From the NCBI GenBank assembly GCA_000165425.1, contig CT868649.1:124001-188000 (forward strand): a stretch of 64,000 nt of DNA, given 5' to 3'. Shown one piece after another: positions 40,056-54,642 of the stretch (position 1 is the first letter of the stretch; each line of letters starts with the position of its first letter). The translations under genes were made by a program, and so were the position numbers. Below the pieces are notes generated by a model. It had not been told where the DNA came from. It was given only the letters and a program-made list of their open reading frames with translations, and did no database searches. This DNA comes from Paramecium tetraurelia. Lineage: Eukaryota.

Positions 40056-41661
40056 ATGGGCAATTGTCAATGTAGGAAATACTTTGATTCAGACTAAGGG
40101 TCTTACAACAATAATCATCAAGAGATAATCATAAATGATGAATTTCATAACAATAGTAAGGAAGATTTTGCAAAAGAATTGTTCATTAAAATAAAAACTT
40201 GGCAACAGGAATCTTTCTCTTTGTTCGATTATGAGAGCCAGACTCACTTAAAGGAATAAAATATTGAGGTATGCGGATTTATAATAATAAGATAAGATAA
40301 GGAGGATATTTAATAAAAAATAATAACGAAGTGCAATGGATAGATGATGACATTGATTGGAATAAATGTGTGATCAAATAGCATCAAATACTATTCAGAG
40401 TTGAAAAAATTAATGGAGTTTTTACAATAATAAATAAAAGGGGAGAATGCAAATAGAATTTAGAAGATGATAAACAAGAATTAACAACAAAGTACTTAGG
40501 AGAAGGCAATAGGGATTTTTAATAGTCTGAAAACTTGGATTAGTTGGAAGGGGAAGAATTTCAACAGTCACAGGATTGGATAAACAAAATAGATCAACAT
40601 AATTACAAATTAAATCAAAGCCAAAGAACCAATACTAAATTATTAGAGAAGGGCAGTAGATTATGGTTGGTAGTTAGATCCATCTAATCAATGTTTAGTA
40701 ATAGCGGAATAAAACTAAAATAAGGCGATGTGATTAAATTGGGAAGAGTTAAATTAAAAATTAGGGAAATTCAGTTAAATTAAAGGAAATAAATGTATAT
40801 AATTAATTTATTAAACAATATAGATGTGATTTAGATTCGTCAAGATCTAGCTAATCAGATGCTATTTCATGTAGAGTTTGCTGCAGTAGCTAAGATAGTG
40901 TATAAAATCCCTTAATAAACCCATGCAAATGCACAGGATCAATCAAATATATCCATCTGAATTGTTTAAAGAAGTGGTTAAAACTGAAATTTTAAACAAA
41001 ACATAGTAATCATTGTATGATCTACATGTGGAAAAACTTAGAGTGTGAAATATGCAAGTTTAATTATCCTCCAGTTTTTAAGAGTGATCAACATATAGTT
41101 GATTTGGTTGAGCTAAGCAAACCCACAGAACAAGCTTATGTGTTGATGGAAATTATTTAAAAACGCTAAGTAATTATTATATATACATCTTTAAGGATAT
41201 GAGAGTTGACAAAACAAATTAAGACTCTTCTTGGGCTTAATGCAATGGAGTTTACATAGTTACTTTTGATAATAATAGCGATGATAAAGTTGCTAAAACC
41301 AAAGAATTGTAAATTGGAAGAGCTAATGAAACTGAAATTAGAATTAATGATATTTCTGTTAGTAGAAATCATGGAACTCTAAAATTAAACGAGGGAGAAG
41401 TATATTTAACTGACAATAAATCAAAATTTGGATCCTTGATTTTAATGTAATAAAAAGTGATACCATTAATCAACGAATTGAATGGAATTGAAATCTAGGT
41501 TGGGAGAAGCGTTTTGTAATTCAATTTTGGAAAAGATGAATAAAGAACACCTCCTTCAAAATAATGTTTGAATTCTAATCTTTTTGAGTAATTAATTTCA
41601 TTCTAATAGAAGTAAAATTATAGGAAGAGACTTAGAAGATGAAGATCTACTTTATAATTGA
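40056..41661 (+). CDS. FHA-domain and RING-CH (RINGv) E3 ligase-like protein
   Basis: MGNCQC N-terminus; LKQGDVIKLGRV; CRVCC...PCKCTGSIKYIHLNCLKKW...CEICK; FHA IGRANETEIRINDISVSRNH...DNKSKFGS. Confidence 0.88.
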
Positions 41662-41710
41662 TGACCTTTTTTATTCTTTTTCAATTTTACAATAACATAT
41701 ATGTTTTGAT

Positions 41711-44256
41711 TCATTTCTTAAATAAACTCTTGAAATCTGAATTAGATTTTGGTTTAAAATCTTATACCTCCTCTATTTCTATCTATTCTTCCTTTTTTCT
41801 CATCATTTTCTTCTCCTTTTTCTAAATCTCTAGTCTTCTACCTTTAAATTCAATGCCATTTAAATCCAAAGCTAACTTCAAATGCTTTTATTTCTCAAAT
41901 TCAATAAAAGCAAATCCCTTAGGCTTTCCTTATTCATTTTTTGGAATCTCAATTTAAGTAATATTCATTCCATCAAAGATTTATCTGACTAAAAATCAAT
42001 ACTAAATATTTACTTTCAATTTCTCTAACTTTAAAAGGTAAATTTTTAATTATAATAGAGTTATTCTAATGATTTTATTTGATTTTTTCAAGAGAATCTG
42101 AAAGCTTAACAAAATATTTCCTTCCATCTATGTAAGGGTCTTAATTTAAAAGTTCTAATCCATTTTATTTATCCTCTTCTTCATTGTATTCTATATATGC
42201 ATATCCCCTAGGCTTTCCTTTGGAATCCTTCACTATTCTAATCTATTTAACACCTTCTCCAGCCTTTGCTGCTAATTATTATTCAGTAATGCTATATGGT
42301 AAATTGTCTAAATAAAGTGTTAACTTGTCATCCTAATATAATTTTGGGGGTTTAGAAATTGCAGCGTATAGTTTCTCCCCGCCAACCATCTTATTATTAA
42401 GTATATTAACTGCTTATTGAGCATCTTCATCACTTGTAAAATCTACATAAGCAAAGCCTTTTGAAACCTAGTTTTTATCTTTGACTATTCTACATTCCAA
42501 TGCCCCACAATTAGGAATCAAAGCAATTACTTCGTTTGCTGTCAATTCTTTTGGCAAATACTTTATGAATATTGTCTTTGAACTATCAGTAAAGACCTTT
42601 GGTGCTTTGTCTTCTTCATTTAGTTCTTTACTTTATTTTCTATTATTGTTTTTCTATCCTTTTCTCTCTTCTTATTATTATTCCTATTATTCTTCTTCTT
42701 CCTGTTAGATCAACTCATCATTATCCTCTATAGTTTCTAGAACACCTTATAATTTCTCTTCTGCTTTCTATACTTCCTCAACATTACCAAATAGTGTTTC
42801 AAAGTTAAGCAAATCTTCTGATGCTGTAATCTTATCTTCCAAGCATAATTCAACTGCTCTCTTTAATATACCTCTTAATCTATCTCTTTATTAAATATTA
42901 AGTATTGGTAAGCTAATTTAAGAATAATAGTAATCTTTCCAGTAAGAATTATTGTCCCAAACCAATTAAACACATTTTTCAAATGCTGCTCTTGAATTTA
43001 ATTTATTATCAAATAAATAACATTCAACTTTTGCTAATTCATTATAAATCTTAGCCTTTTATTAATCAGAATATGATTTCTTTTCTGCTAATTAATTGAA
43101 CAATTCTCTAATTGTTGTTTATCTTTCATCTAATTTTTCTGTCAAAGTTAAATATTATCTAGTATATCGATAAATAAATTCAAGAGAAAATTTAAATAAA
43201 TCCTCATTTTAAACATAATTTTATGCAAATAAGAAATCTTACTCAAATTCTTCATCATCCTTATTTAATTATTCTAAAGTTCTTAAATACAAAATATAGA
43301 TTTGAAAAGGTTAAGCTTAAAATCTAATTAAATTCTTGAGTTATTTCTATAGAACATGAGGATTTTATTGTAATCTCAAAATTTCAATATATTTTTCTTG
43401 TAGAGGGATCAAAAGAGAGTCAGAGAACTAAAAGTTTTCAGACTTCTATCTTAAGTAAAAATATTTTTCATAAAAATTTATGAATTTTGGGAATTCAATT
43501 AATTTTTCATCTAATACCTATTCCAATTATTTAAAGAAATTTAGAATTTCTTATTCGTCCTAACTATTGCAAACCTTTTTGTACTGCTGTTCTAAATTAT
43601 CCAATTATTAAATTTTTTATATTGTGCTTTAATAATTTTTTTATGCTTTTTCTAAATTCTATTTATTTGTTTCCAATTACTCATATTGAAGCCAAAATTT
43701 ATCTAAACCTTACATTGAGATTTTAAATACTCTTTAGAAGATTTGACTTATTTAATTTCTCACTTATATCCTATATATTATTCATTATAAATACTTCTCT
43801 TTTTCATTTCCACCTTCTAGTAATTGATTTTCAAAACTAAGGTAAGATTAAAAAAAGTATTAAGCCTCTTCAAAATCAAAACAAAATTGCACTAAAAGCT
43901 TTTCAAATAAAAGTTCTCCTTTCTTCCTTTGAAATTTGTTTTTAACAATGTAAGCTGCTAATTCTTTTCCCAATTTAATATCTCCATTTAATTATAAATA
44001 TTATACAATAAAGATTATCCAGTCCCTTCTAAAATATTTTCAATAGAGTAGAAGCATCAACAAATTATTCTTCCAATTTAGATAATAATTCAATTAAGAA
44101 ATCTTCATTAAGATTATGATGCTCTTAAGCTAATAAAATGCAATCACTAAGTTTATCATCATTATTATCTGCAGCCTATTTTAATAAGTCAAATGTTGCT
44201 TGCTATTCTCGAATGTTTGTTTGTATTGAATTATAGATATCTGATGCTTCTATCAT
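41711..44256 (-). CDS. SART3: SART3/Prp24 U4/U6 snRNP recycling factor (HAT-like helical region, three RRMs, LSm-binding tail)
   Basis: RNP1 motifs KGFAYVDF, RGYAYIEY and KGFAFIEF; terminal KSNSDFKSLFKK* matches the SART3/Prp24 SNxDF LSm-interaction motif. Removing three introns (25, 24, 25 nt) gives 824 codons. Confidence 0.85.
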
Positions 44257-44767
44257 TGAATTAAATATTATTTATTAATTATATAATTGCAAATTCGATA
44301 TTATCTACAAATTTACACTTAGATGTCAATTAATACATCAAGATTTACAATAATTCTTTCTATTTTGTATAGTCCCCTATCACATTTTCAAGACATTCTA
44401 TATTTATCCTGTCTATTTTCTATCCTTTAAAAACCCTTATTTTACAACTATTTTTAATTGGCTTCATTTAAAATAACCTCTTTAATTGTAATTATAATTT
44501 TCCAAAATTTCATTTTGTTCATTGATATTGAAATATTTTTTAGTTGTAACTTCATCAAAACTTTTGATTATCCTTTAAAACTGGTTAATTACAAATGATC
44601 CATAATTATTATTGATTAGTATATTTTCATTATATAGAAATAAATATTTAGGAATTCATTGTAAGAACATAATTGGTCTCAAGAATGTAATAATCTATCA
44701 AAATAAAATTATATAAAATATTTATGTTAATTATAGTAAAATATTTATTTATATAATCTACTCATCC

Positions 44768-45706
44768 ATGAAGAGTTCTGCTCAACCCTAAATTCTTATT
44801 AGTCCAATTCCAAAATAGTAATTAACAGAGGAAGATGATGAATTACCTAATCCAATGTTGGATTCAATTATATCATAGAAATCTCAATCATCATATCCTG
44901 GCCTTGGAAGATAGATAAAATTAAAATTAAACTCAAGCTCAAACAGAAGTGACAAAAGAAAAGATCCTTTTAAATCGAATTATTAAGTCAGAAATATAAG
45001 CTAAGAATGCAAAAATGGGACAACTAAAAATCAATACAAATAAATTGATAGTTTATTCCCCTTATTAAAATTAGTTTAGTTGAATTAAAGACAAAATAAA
45101 ACTGAATGTTTTAATGGAGAAGAAGTGACAATTGATCAAAAAGTATACTTTATTAAAACTAATGAAATTCTAAATATTTTTCAAAAGGCTGCTGAAGGAT
45201 TTACTATAGCGTATGAAGAAGTAGAAGGTTATTAAGGTAAAAGCATGAACTAGAGCGTTTCAATTTCAGAAAAAATGATGAAATCTATGAAAGCAATAAA
45301 AACCTTTAAGAAAGCAAAAAATAAAATTAAATCATTTATTTTAGTTTCTGAAGTTTCAAAATATAATGAAGAAGAGATTAAATATAAATAGCAAGTAGAT
45401 AAAATAAATCTATTTTTTAATGACAATTCAATTATTTAAAAAAGTGATCATCAATTAGGAGAGTAAATCATTAAAACTAAGTAATAGTCTTTAAAGAAAG
45501 AGTAAATTGGTCAATCATAGTTTTTATATTTAGAAAAGGCAGAGCCTTCGAATCACTAAGCACCAAAAAGATTTTCTAATTTTATTGAAAACTCTAAAAC
45601 TATTTTAAAAAGAACATCATATGTAGTTGGAGTATTTTTATTAATTTTCGTTATGGCATATATTAAAACTGTAAATGGTGAACCAAATAATATTGAAGAT
45701 TTGTGA
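44768..45706 (+). CDS. Hypothetical tail-anchored membrane protein
   Basis: 313-codon ORF with a single C-terminal TM (YVVGVFLLIFVMAYI); start could lie further upstream. Confidence 0.6.
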
Positions 45707-45794
45707 ATGTTATTATGTATCTATATATGTTTCTAAAAAAGTAGAACTACATTTATTTAAATTATTAATAAATAACATAAATAGTTCGTTAATT

Positions 45795-46519
45795 ATGAAT
45801 ACTCTTAATAGTATGACAAATCCTTATAACATGCCTTCTACACCATATGGCGGGATTTTAGATGTAGATGGATGTAGAATGCTTGCTAGAAAGATATTCT
45901 CAACATATGATCGTAAAAATACTTTAATAATCTCAATAGTTAGTAATAAAGGGTATATCGATGTTGTCGATATTGGATCTATGTTTACTGATGCGTATAG
46001 ATCGTAAAATATTATTACAAAACCTAAAGTTAATGAAACTAATGGATTTATGAGAGCCATTAACAGTAAATTTATTATCATTATTTCTTAGAGGCTGGTT
46101 AAAATCGATTAACTTTGTAGGATATTGAGTAATATTGTTTAAAGAAGTTTTGTGGTACTCCATATAATTTTAAGCAATAATAATCAGTGAATAAGTAATA
46201 TTTTTTAAATAGTTTAGATAACCAAATTATATTGAAGAACGCTTAGAAGTAGCAAGAACATTATTCAAAAAACTTGACGCAGATGGATCAGGCTATATCA
46301 CAGAGGATGAAGTCTATGAAATTATTAGAGAAACCTATAGATAAATGGGTATATTTATATTCAAGAATAGGAATGAAATATGAGCCAACAGCTGATGATG
46401 TGAGAAGTTGGATTCACATGACTGATTCTGATGGAGATGGAAAAGTTACTTTAGAAGATTATGAAAATTTAGTTTTGAAATCTTTACAATAGCAAGCTAT
46501 CTCATATAATTTAAGTTGA
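45795..46519 (+). CDS. EF-hand Ca2+-binding protein of the TCBP-23/25 (PCBP-25) type
   Basis: RLEVARTLFKKLDADGSGYITEDEV...PTADDVRSWIHMTDSDGDGKVTLEDYENLVLKSL; the N-lobe EF-hands are degenerate; tiny introns. Confidence 0.85.
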
Positions 46520-46520
46520 T

Positions 46521-46527
<7 letters not shown>

Positions 46528-46616
<89 letters not shown>
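46528..46616. repeat. (ATT)29 microsatellite just downstream of the EF-hand gene stop codon
   Basis: Perfect ATT run from 46528 to 46614. Confidence 0.95.
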
Positions 46617-46992
46617 CATTCTAGAGAATTATTAATAAATCTTAATTCTTATACAATCAAATTACAAACTTTATATATCTAATTAACTGAAAAATAGAAA
46701 AATTAAGCTAAGTAAGCATTATTAGAAATTATAATTTAAGTAAGAGATTTATGCAAAATGGAATCAAGAAAAAAATAAAAATGAATTATTGTATTCAATT
46801 GAAATTTTAGGAAATTATTTGAGCTTAAAATTAACTAGTATTGCTTATTTATTGAATTTATTATATATATCAATTAACAAAGAGAAGTAAATTAAATTAT
46901 CGAATTAAATATAATTTTTCTATTCTTCAAGGTATTAATTTTTTTCATTAAATTATTTAATAATTAAACTCTCTTCTGTCTTTTTTCTATTT

Positions 46993-48700
46993 ATGAGAAG
47001 AGATTTAAATAATTCTTAAAATTAGTAAACACTAGAAAACATACAACCTGTAGGAACTACGTAAAAAGCATTTAATATTTCAAAGATTTAGATATGAATA
47101 AGCCTTTGAGTTATTGAGTTAAGCATTGCTTTCAAATTCTATCTATGCAATTGCTGTATTGATTTTAAGTTTTGAACTTGCGTACAATGGAAATATGTTA
47201 TGCGTGATCTATTGCATTTATTCAAAATTAGTCTTATAAATTATCCATCAAATATACTTTTATAGAGCATTTGCTAATATGAATATGTAAGAGCACATTA
47301 TTTATGATTATTTTTTAAGAAAGTACAATCAAGCTATTATGAGATTATTGTCACACTTTTTTGAAGGATGCTATATTTTAGCACTAAATATGTATGTTAT
47401 CACTCGTACAAGTGAGTTATTGCTATTTTCAAACATATTCCCTGTGATAAATATTTTTATTTCATTAATAGTCAAGATTAATGAGGGAAATTAGTTTTTT
47501 AAAGAATCAGTGCAATAAATCAATTTGTTTTATGTATTTAGAAATATTTGTATTTTGCTAATATCTATATTTTTCAGTTTAAAAATAGAGGGATATTTTG
47601 AAATTGAGTGGTTATACACATTATGGATGTTGTGGCTGTTATTTAGTCTCTCAGCATCAATTGTTTTGTATTACATTTTTGTTGTATTGGCATTATGCAT
47701 TCAAGTTATTTTAGAATAAAGCAATCGTTAAAAATACTTGGGTTTATTATTATAAATTATAATTAGTGATAACAAATGTTTGGATATTAATATTCATGCT
47801 ATCTTGTTCCTCAATGTTTCTAATGATACCAATATTGGTGTTGAATTACAATTATGGAAATTATAATTTAGCCATTTAAGTGGATAGAATAATCTTAATT
47901 GTCAACTAAATTATTTTCACTTATTTTACTGTAAAATTTAAGCCAGAATTGATATCTGCATTATAAATGTTCTTATCTCTTAATGATTCTGTAAATCCTC
48001 TCAATACTTTGGCCACTCAATAAGTAGATGCATAGCTTCAGCAGTTTAATAAGCAGGATTTTATTGAGAGTTAAGTTTCGGAAGCATAAATGCAAATTCC
48101 AAAAGTAGTAAAAAGAATTTCGAAAACTTATTTTGGATTCGATGACCTAAATTCGGATAAAAAAAGTGAAACTAAACTATAAGAATAAAATAAAAAACCC
48201 ACTCATCAGAGAGCTTTATCATCTCAAATTTAAAAAAACACAGAACAAATCAATGAAAAGATTAAACTTGCATCGATGATGAATTTTAAAATAATTGAAA
48301 ACCAAAAAATGGATGAATTGAAAGGAACTTCCATATTACATGATAAATAAGTAGTATAATTGATTCTAATTTCTTATTAGGATTAACCAAGATCAATTTC
48401 ATTGTCATCCATCAACTAGTGTTGCATTTGCTTTGATAATGAACCAGATGCCTTGTTTATGTAATGTGGACATGGTGGAGTATGTTATCATTGCGCTTTG
48501 GATATGTGGAAAAATAAAGATGAATGCTATTTATGTAGAAAGGTATTGATGAGAATATATAATAATGTTAGAAAATAGAAAGAGTATTATAGATTTAAGT
48601 TTGTGATAATGAGAAAAATATATACTAGGTAGTTGGAGCAACAGAATTGAATTCAAAATTGAAAAAAAGACATAAAATTAGTTAATAACATGATTAATGA
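46993..48700 (+). CDS. Multipass membrane protein with C-terminal RING finger
   Basis: Multiple TM helices; CCICFDNEPDALFMQCGHGGVCYHCALDMWKNKDECYLCRK. Confidence 0.85.
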
Positions 48701-48730
48701 TGAGTTACTATTAAAAATTATTAATTTGAA

Positions 48731-50490
48731 TCAATTTCTTTTTTTCTTACCTGTTCCTGCTCTTATATGCTTTTCTGCAATGTCTCTGAGTTGAGCTTTG
48801 GAAAATTGCTATTCCGAGAGTTCAGTGTCCTTAAATTTATCAACTAATATAAATCAAATTAGATTATTACGTATTCTTTGTAATAATTCATCATTTGGAT
48901 TATCTCCTTGATTATTTCCATCATCTAACTTGGTAAAATTAGATTGTTTAGCCTAATTTAATAATAATAATACATCTTTCTTCATAAAGTTATGACGAGG
49001 ATTTTATGCTATATCTTGCATTTGCAAAATATCATTTGTTCTTATTTCAATGACACCCAATACTTTTAATAGTTTATCTTCATCCATTTCTTTAAAACTC
49101 TTATTATATAGAAATTTAATTTTACAAATTTAGGTCCTAATAATTAACTGTATTCCTTTAAATTACAGCCAATACGTTCAAACATAATTGGAATACTGAT
49201 CATCAACTCTTTAAGAATTTTCGATATTTCGTATAACTTTTCTTGCAATTTCTCTTATTTTGCTTTTATTTTGACTAATTTTTCCTCGAATTACAATTTC
49301 TATTTGTATTTTTAATCAGCCATAATTTTTTAATCTCTGTTTTCTAATTCTTATTTCTCCATTAATAATAATTTATTTTATTTTTACAGCATTTCCAATT
49401 CATCAGATTATTCATAAATATATTTAAAAGCCCCATAATTTTGTTCTTCCTATTCCACAAAAATATTAACAATTTCATCAATTTATTCTGATTTAGTTTA
49501 ATTGTATAATTATTTTAAAGTTTAATCATAAGTTTAAACTTCGGATTGTAAATCCACTAAAGCTTATTATTCTTATTAATTTTATTATGCTTTTTATTCT
49601 CTTTCTAATATTTTTTTCTTTTTCTTATCAGCCATTTCATTAATATGTAATATTTCATATTTTAAATCTTCAGCATCAGCATCCTCTTCAGATCCACTAT
49701 ACCTTTCATAACTATCACTTCTATGCTTCTATTTTTTATAATTATCAGTTTCTTTTTTGCCTCTACTTTTCTCCCTAGATTTAGATTAATGTTCAGGAGA
49801 TTTGGATTCTTTAAATTTATCATAAATGCTTTTAAATTCTTTGCCAAATTTTCTTTATTCTTAGGCTTCATTCCATCTTAATGATTTGATTGTATTCATT
49901 TCCTAATGTAAACTTTGGAATGCTTTTTCTTATTCCTGACTTCTATTAAGCATTTTCTCATGATGAGCAATCCAATCTTCTTATAGTTATTTGAGGATTT
50001 TTTTAAACATTTCCTTTTCCCTTCTCATTTTATTTATATCATTTTTAAGTTAAACTGTTTCATTTAGCATTTCATTCTCCTTTTAATATAAATAAGCAAG
50101 ATTAAATTAAATGTCTATTTATTAATCACTTAATACTTTAAGGTTGTCTTCTCATTTTTAATTTTTTGTCCATTTGTGAATTTTATTGGTTTTACTTTTG
50201 ATTTTTATTATCTCCCCATCTGCTCCCCCTCTCTTATTCATAAATTTGTCTTCTCTTCTTCTCTATCTCGTTTTCTTTCATCTGAATCTATTCCTTTAAT
50301 TCATCTCTCTTCGCATGCAAGGTTTAGAGTTACTTATTTAGACTGGCCTCTTCTTCCTATTAATTTGTAATTTTAGTAAATGTTTGTGATTTTAAATCCT
50401 TCTCTTGACTTGATCGAAAACTACAATAATCGTATATAATTACGCATTCCCAGCAGTCTAAGTCCGCTTAAGATAAGCAACCTTATTCAT
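48731..50490 (-). CDS. Coiled-coil protein resembling outer dynein arm docking complex subunit (ODA-DC2/CCDC114/CCDC63)
   Basis: Long coiled coil with FKQLYNQTKSEQIDEIVNIFVEQEEQNYGAFKYIYE, similar to the DC2 segment FxKIxxATGIxDIDELVxxFxxxEDQNxxLFxYVNE (from memory). Confidence 0.55.
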
Positions 50491-50557
50491 CGATATTAAT
50501 TAATTTAATTATAATTTATATAAACATTCCTTAAACAACAATCAACAATCTCAAGAA

Positions 50558-51735
50558 TCACTCTTTAGAAAAGAACCAAGCTCCATCTCCTTTATGTTCC
50601 ACTCCAACTAAACTAGCACACTAATACAGGGAAGTCAAAAGAGGCTTCTCATCACAATGATAAAGATCTCCAACTGCTTTTTTGAAATATATATTAGCTT
50701 CCTAAAATGATTTCCAATTTATATTACATTAGCATGATAATGTGGTAATTCACTGAATACGTGGTGTAAGACATGTGTTGTTCCAATCTCAAAATGTAAA
50801 GAGTCAATCCAAGCTGGATAATTTCTATCTATTGTACTCAAGGCACCTAAGACATTTGAAAATATAAATACCTTTCAACCAATTCCATGAAGTTGAATCA
50901 TAATGTGGAATACTGATATCTGTGTGTTATAAGAATGTAATTATTGTCAACCACATATTAATTACTAAATATGGACCTATATAAAGAGCCATCACTTCAG
51001 CAAATGAGGTTGCCTGGGCCCACTTATATAAACCAAATATCACAAAACAAAGCCCTATGTTTGAGAGTGAAACCTTCACTAGCATTCTTGAAGGGAAGAG
51101 CTTGTTTGGAACTATAAAATGACTTGTAAATCCTCTTGAGGAACCTCCAGTTACACCTAAAAGCAAGTAAAGAGGCCATCCGAGAACCGTTACATTGAAT
51201 ATTTGAACTATTGAAAAAGACTCAACTCCAATGATATCCTTTATTTTTTAGTAAATTTTTCCCATTTTTGAGTTTAATACTACTGGACAAAAGGTTTCTC
51301 CTTCTGTTAGATGATTTGTTTTGGCATGATGCAATGCATGAGAATGTTACCAAGAAAAATATGGTACCAACAATATTTCGTGGAGGAAATATCCCAAAAT
51401 ATCATTCCACATCTTATTGTCTGAGAATGCTGAATGACCACATTCATGGCCTAAAACCCCTATTCATCCTAGATTTATTATATTTTACATATTCCCATTG
51501 CTACTGTGCCTAATAGAAAGTCAAACACGATCCAAATTGGAAGGGCATACCAAGTTAATGGAATATATCTATAACCAATATAAGCCAAAAGAGCAGTGCT
51601 TGATATTGCTTAAGCAACTGACACCAAAAACCTAGATTCACTTTTTTTAAATAATGATTCAGGTATAGCTTTGCGAATTTCTAAATTAGTATAAGAATTA
51701 CATCCTATGTTTATCTGCTCTGGAGCTTTACTCAT
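50558..51735 (-). CDS. Delta-12/omega-type fatty acid desaturase (FAD2 family)
   Basis: [10 protein letters not shown]; His boxes [15 protein letters not shown] and [22 protein letters not shown]. Confidence 0.93.
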
Positions 51736-52079
51736 AAATCTAAGTTTTAATTTAATTTAAATTCTGACTAATATTTAATTCCTAAATAAACTAAATTTTA
51801 TTGAAATTCACGATTTACAATCATAATTAGTATTATAAGGCAAATAACTGGTGTAATTTACAATTGTTCAAATTATTTTAGATATTCATACAACCTCGTG
51901 TCTATTGGCTTCTGTGAATGTTATGATAATAAATAATCAAACCAACATAATTGATCTAATTCTATTAGAGTATAGTAGTTGAAAAAGATAAATTTTATCG
52001 CAATATTATAGAGCATTAATAATTCAAATCAACAAAAGAACAAATTTAATATTTTATATTTAATTTTATTATTTCTATT

Positions 52080-53097
52080 ATGAGTTAGAGATTGAACAGC
52101 ATTATTAGGCAATTCTCAGTCAAACCTGCATAAATAAAGTAAATAGCTAAGAGGGTATTTCTTTATTTTGGATGCCTTTTCTTAGTCGTCAATGTATTGG
52201 AGTGGAAAATACTTTATCTTCCTAGCGTTGATGGATAATTCTCTCACAATAACTACCCTTATTTTAAATCACCCTAAGAAAGGTAAACTATTCATTTATA
52301 TTGTAATAGAAATTTACCTTTCGAAGATATAGAAATCTAACATGATGGTGTTGAATTGAAAGGATGGTTTATAAAATAATAAAATTTTCAGACAGCTCCA
52401 ACAGTAGTATTCTTCCATGAGAACGCTGGAAGTACATTTATTGGTTATTATTTAGACATTGGATGGAGGTTGGAATACGCTCATTAATATTATGATCGAG
52501 TAAAATGCAATTTTGTTATTGTTGCATATAGAGGTTACACTTATAGCACTGGCACTCCACACTAAAATGGCATTCAAAAAGATGCTAATGCTATTACTAA
52601 TTATGTTTTTAACAATTTAAAGATTGATAAATCTAATGTTTTTGCACATGGAAGAAGTCTCGGAGGAGCTGTTGCTACTTATGCCTTTCATCAAAGATAA
52701 GAAAATGCTAAGCAAACAGGAGAGATGTAATATAAAGGTTTGATTATTGAAAACTCATTCACTCAAATCGCAGATGTGGTTTCAAATATGAATAGCCTTT
52801 TTAAAATTTTAAGTCCTTTTATTATGTTTAATACATGGAAGACAATTGATCTTGTGCCAAAGATTTAAAACCCAATCTTATTCATTTCATGTACAAAATT
52901 TATTCAAAATATAAGCTGGCCAAGATGAAGTTATTCCTCATTAATAAATGTTTAGACTTTCTTAAGCTGCACAGAATACAAGTTAAAAGTTTGATTATCA
53001 CATTCCTCATGGAGATCATAACTCAAATTGGAATTATGATAGAAATGAATATTTTGGTACTATCCAAAAATTCATAAATTCAACATCTTAACTTTGA
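52080..53097 (+). CDS. ABHD13/Bem46-like alpha/beta hydrolase
   Basis: N-terminal TM; FFHENAG, YRGY, HGRSLGGAVA, IIENSFT, QDEVIP, HGDHN (Ser-Asp-His triad intact). Confidence 0.9.
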
Positions 53098-53141
53098 ATC
53101 GAACATGAAATAATTTTTTTATTTGTGCAAAATTTAATAAA

Positions 53142-54603
53142 TCATTTTTATTTTTTACTTATCTCACTTATTTGGCTACCTGGCTTATTACTAATTTAAC
53201 TTTAATTTATTTTAGATTCACTTTTGAATTTATCCAATTAATCCTTTAAAAGTTATCTTTCCTTGGCTAATTTTAAGATATCTTCTTTATATTCATTGAT
53301 TTCCTTTTATTTTTCTTTTAATTGATCCTAAAGTTTAGTTTTTTCTTATTTTAAGTAATCCTAAAACTACTTCTCTTTTTATAGACTCTATTGTATATCT
53401 TCTTATGAAATTAATAATTCTATTAAGTAATTTAAACATTTAAATACCTGTTAATTTTTTTTCCATATTTTAGACTTCCTTTTTCTACCTAGAAAGTGCT
53501 ATTTGTAATTTCTGATTCTCTTGACTTTGCTTTTTAGTTTCTTCAATTGAATGCTTTTCTTATTCTCTTTCTAATTGAGCCTTAGCTTCATATTCTTCTC
53601 TTAATTTATCTTGTAATTATTTTATATCTTAAGCACATTCTAACCTAATACTTTAAGCAATGCTTTATTTGTCAAATTCAAGTTTTTTGACTTAATCCTC
53701 AAGATCTCTAAATCTCTTATCTTTATCGTTATCAGAATTGTTGAAAGATTGAGCCTTTTAAATTTTATCATTTGAATTACTCTTATTAATACTATAATTT
53801 GGTTTGTTATTAGGAGTATTACTATTTTGAGTTTTAGAAACATTTAATTTTTTTAATTTCTCTATCGTATTTTTTGCTTCCTTCAATTCTAATGATAATT
53901 GATTAATCTATTCATTTAAAATTTAATTAGTTTAATCTTGCTTTTTACTTGAAGAATTGTATTATTTGTTAGAGCTAGCTTGAGAATTAAGTCTTTATGA
54001 TGGATCATCAGATTTAATAATAGATTGCAATTATTAATTTTCTGTTAACAATGTATTTAATTTAGCCATTAATTCTTAATTCTTTTGTTTAATTTCTAGA
54101 TTTTCATTTTTTAAGACTAAAATTTCTTAGCTTCTTTTAGCAGCTAAAACTCCCAATGCTGCGTCAGATGACCATTTGGTTTCATTTTTTGGTATTTTTT
54201 ATTTCAATTCTTCTATTTCATCTAATTGTTCTTGAACCTATTGTTTTAAAGTGATATTATCTTCTTTGATTTTATCTAATTTATGTAAATCAATTTCTAT
54301 TTTTTAGATTCCTTTGACCAATTTCTGGTTTTCATAAATCAATTTTTCAATTTATTAGTCCTTTTAATTTTGAATTTAAGTAAAGGTATTCTGTTAATTT
54401 TTTGATTTTTATTTTTCCTACTTCATTTCTGCATTTTAATCATTAAGTTGATCAGTTAATTTTTAATTTGTTTATTCAAGGTGTCTTATAGTATTTTCTA
54501 AATCATTTATTTTTTATGTTAACAACTTTTGATTAGCAGAGGCTTTCGAAAGTTCTGAAACTTCTTGGGATGTTCTGCATGGACTCTGATTTACTTTATT
54601 CAT
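53142..54603 (-). CDS. Long coiled-coil protein of unknown function
   Basis: MNKVNQSPCRTSQEVSELSK...; continuous heptad K/Q/E/L-rich frame; one tiny intron near 53425-53448. Confidence 0.7.
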
Positions 54604-54642
54604 CCTTAAAATTATATTGAAATAAAAATTTTATTAAATTAT

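Noticed and set aside
51880..51995. Two weak hairpins suggesting an H/ACA snoRNA
   Set aside because: The stems are AU/GU-rich, there is no terminal ACA box, and such pairing is expected by chance at this composition.
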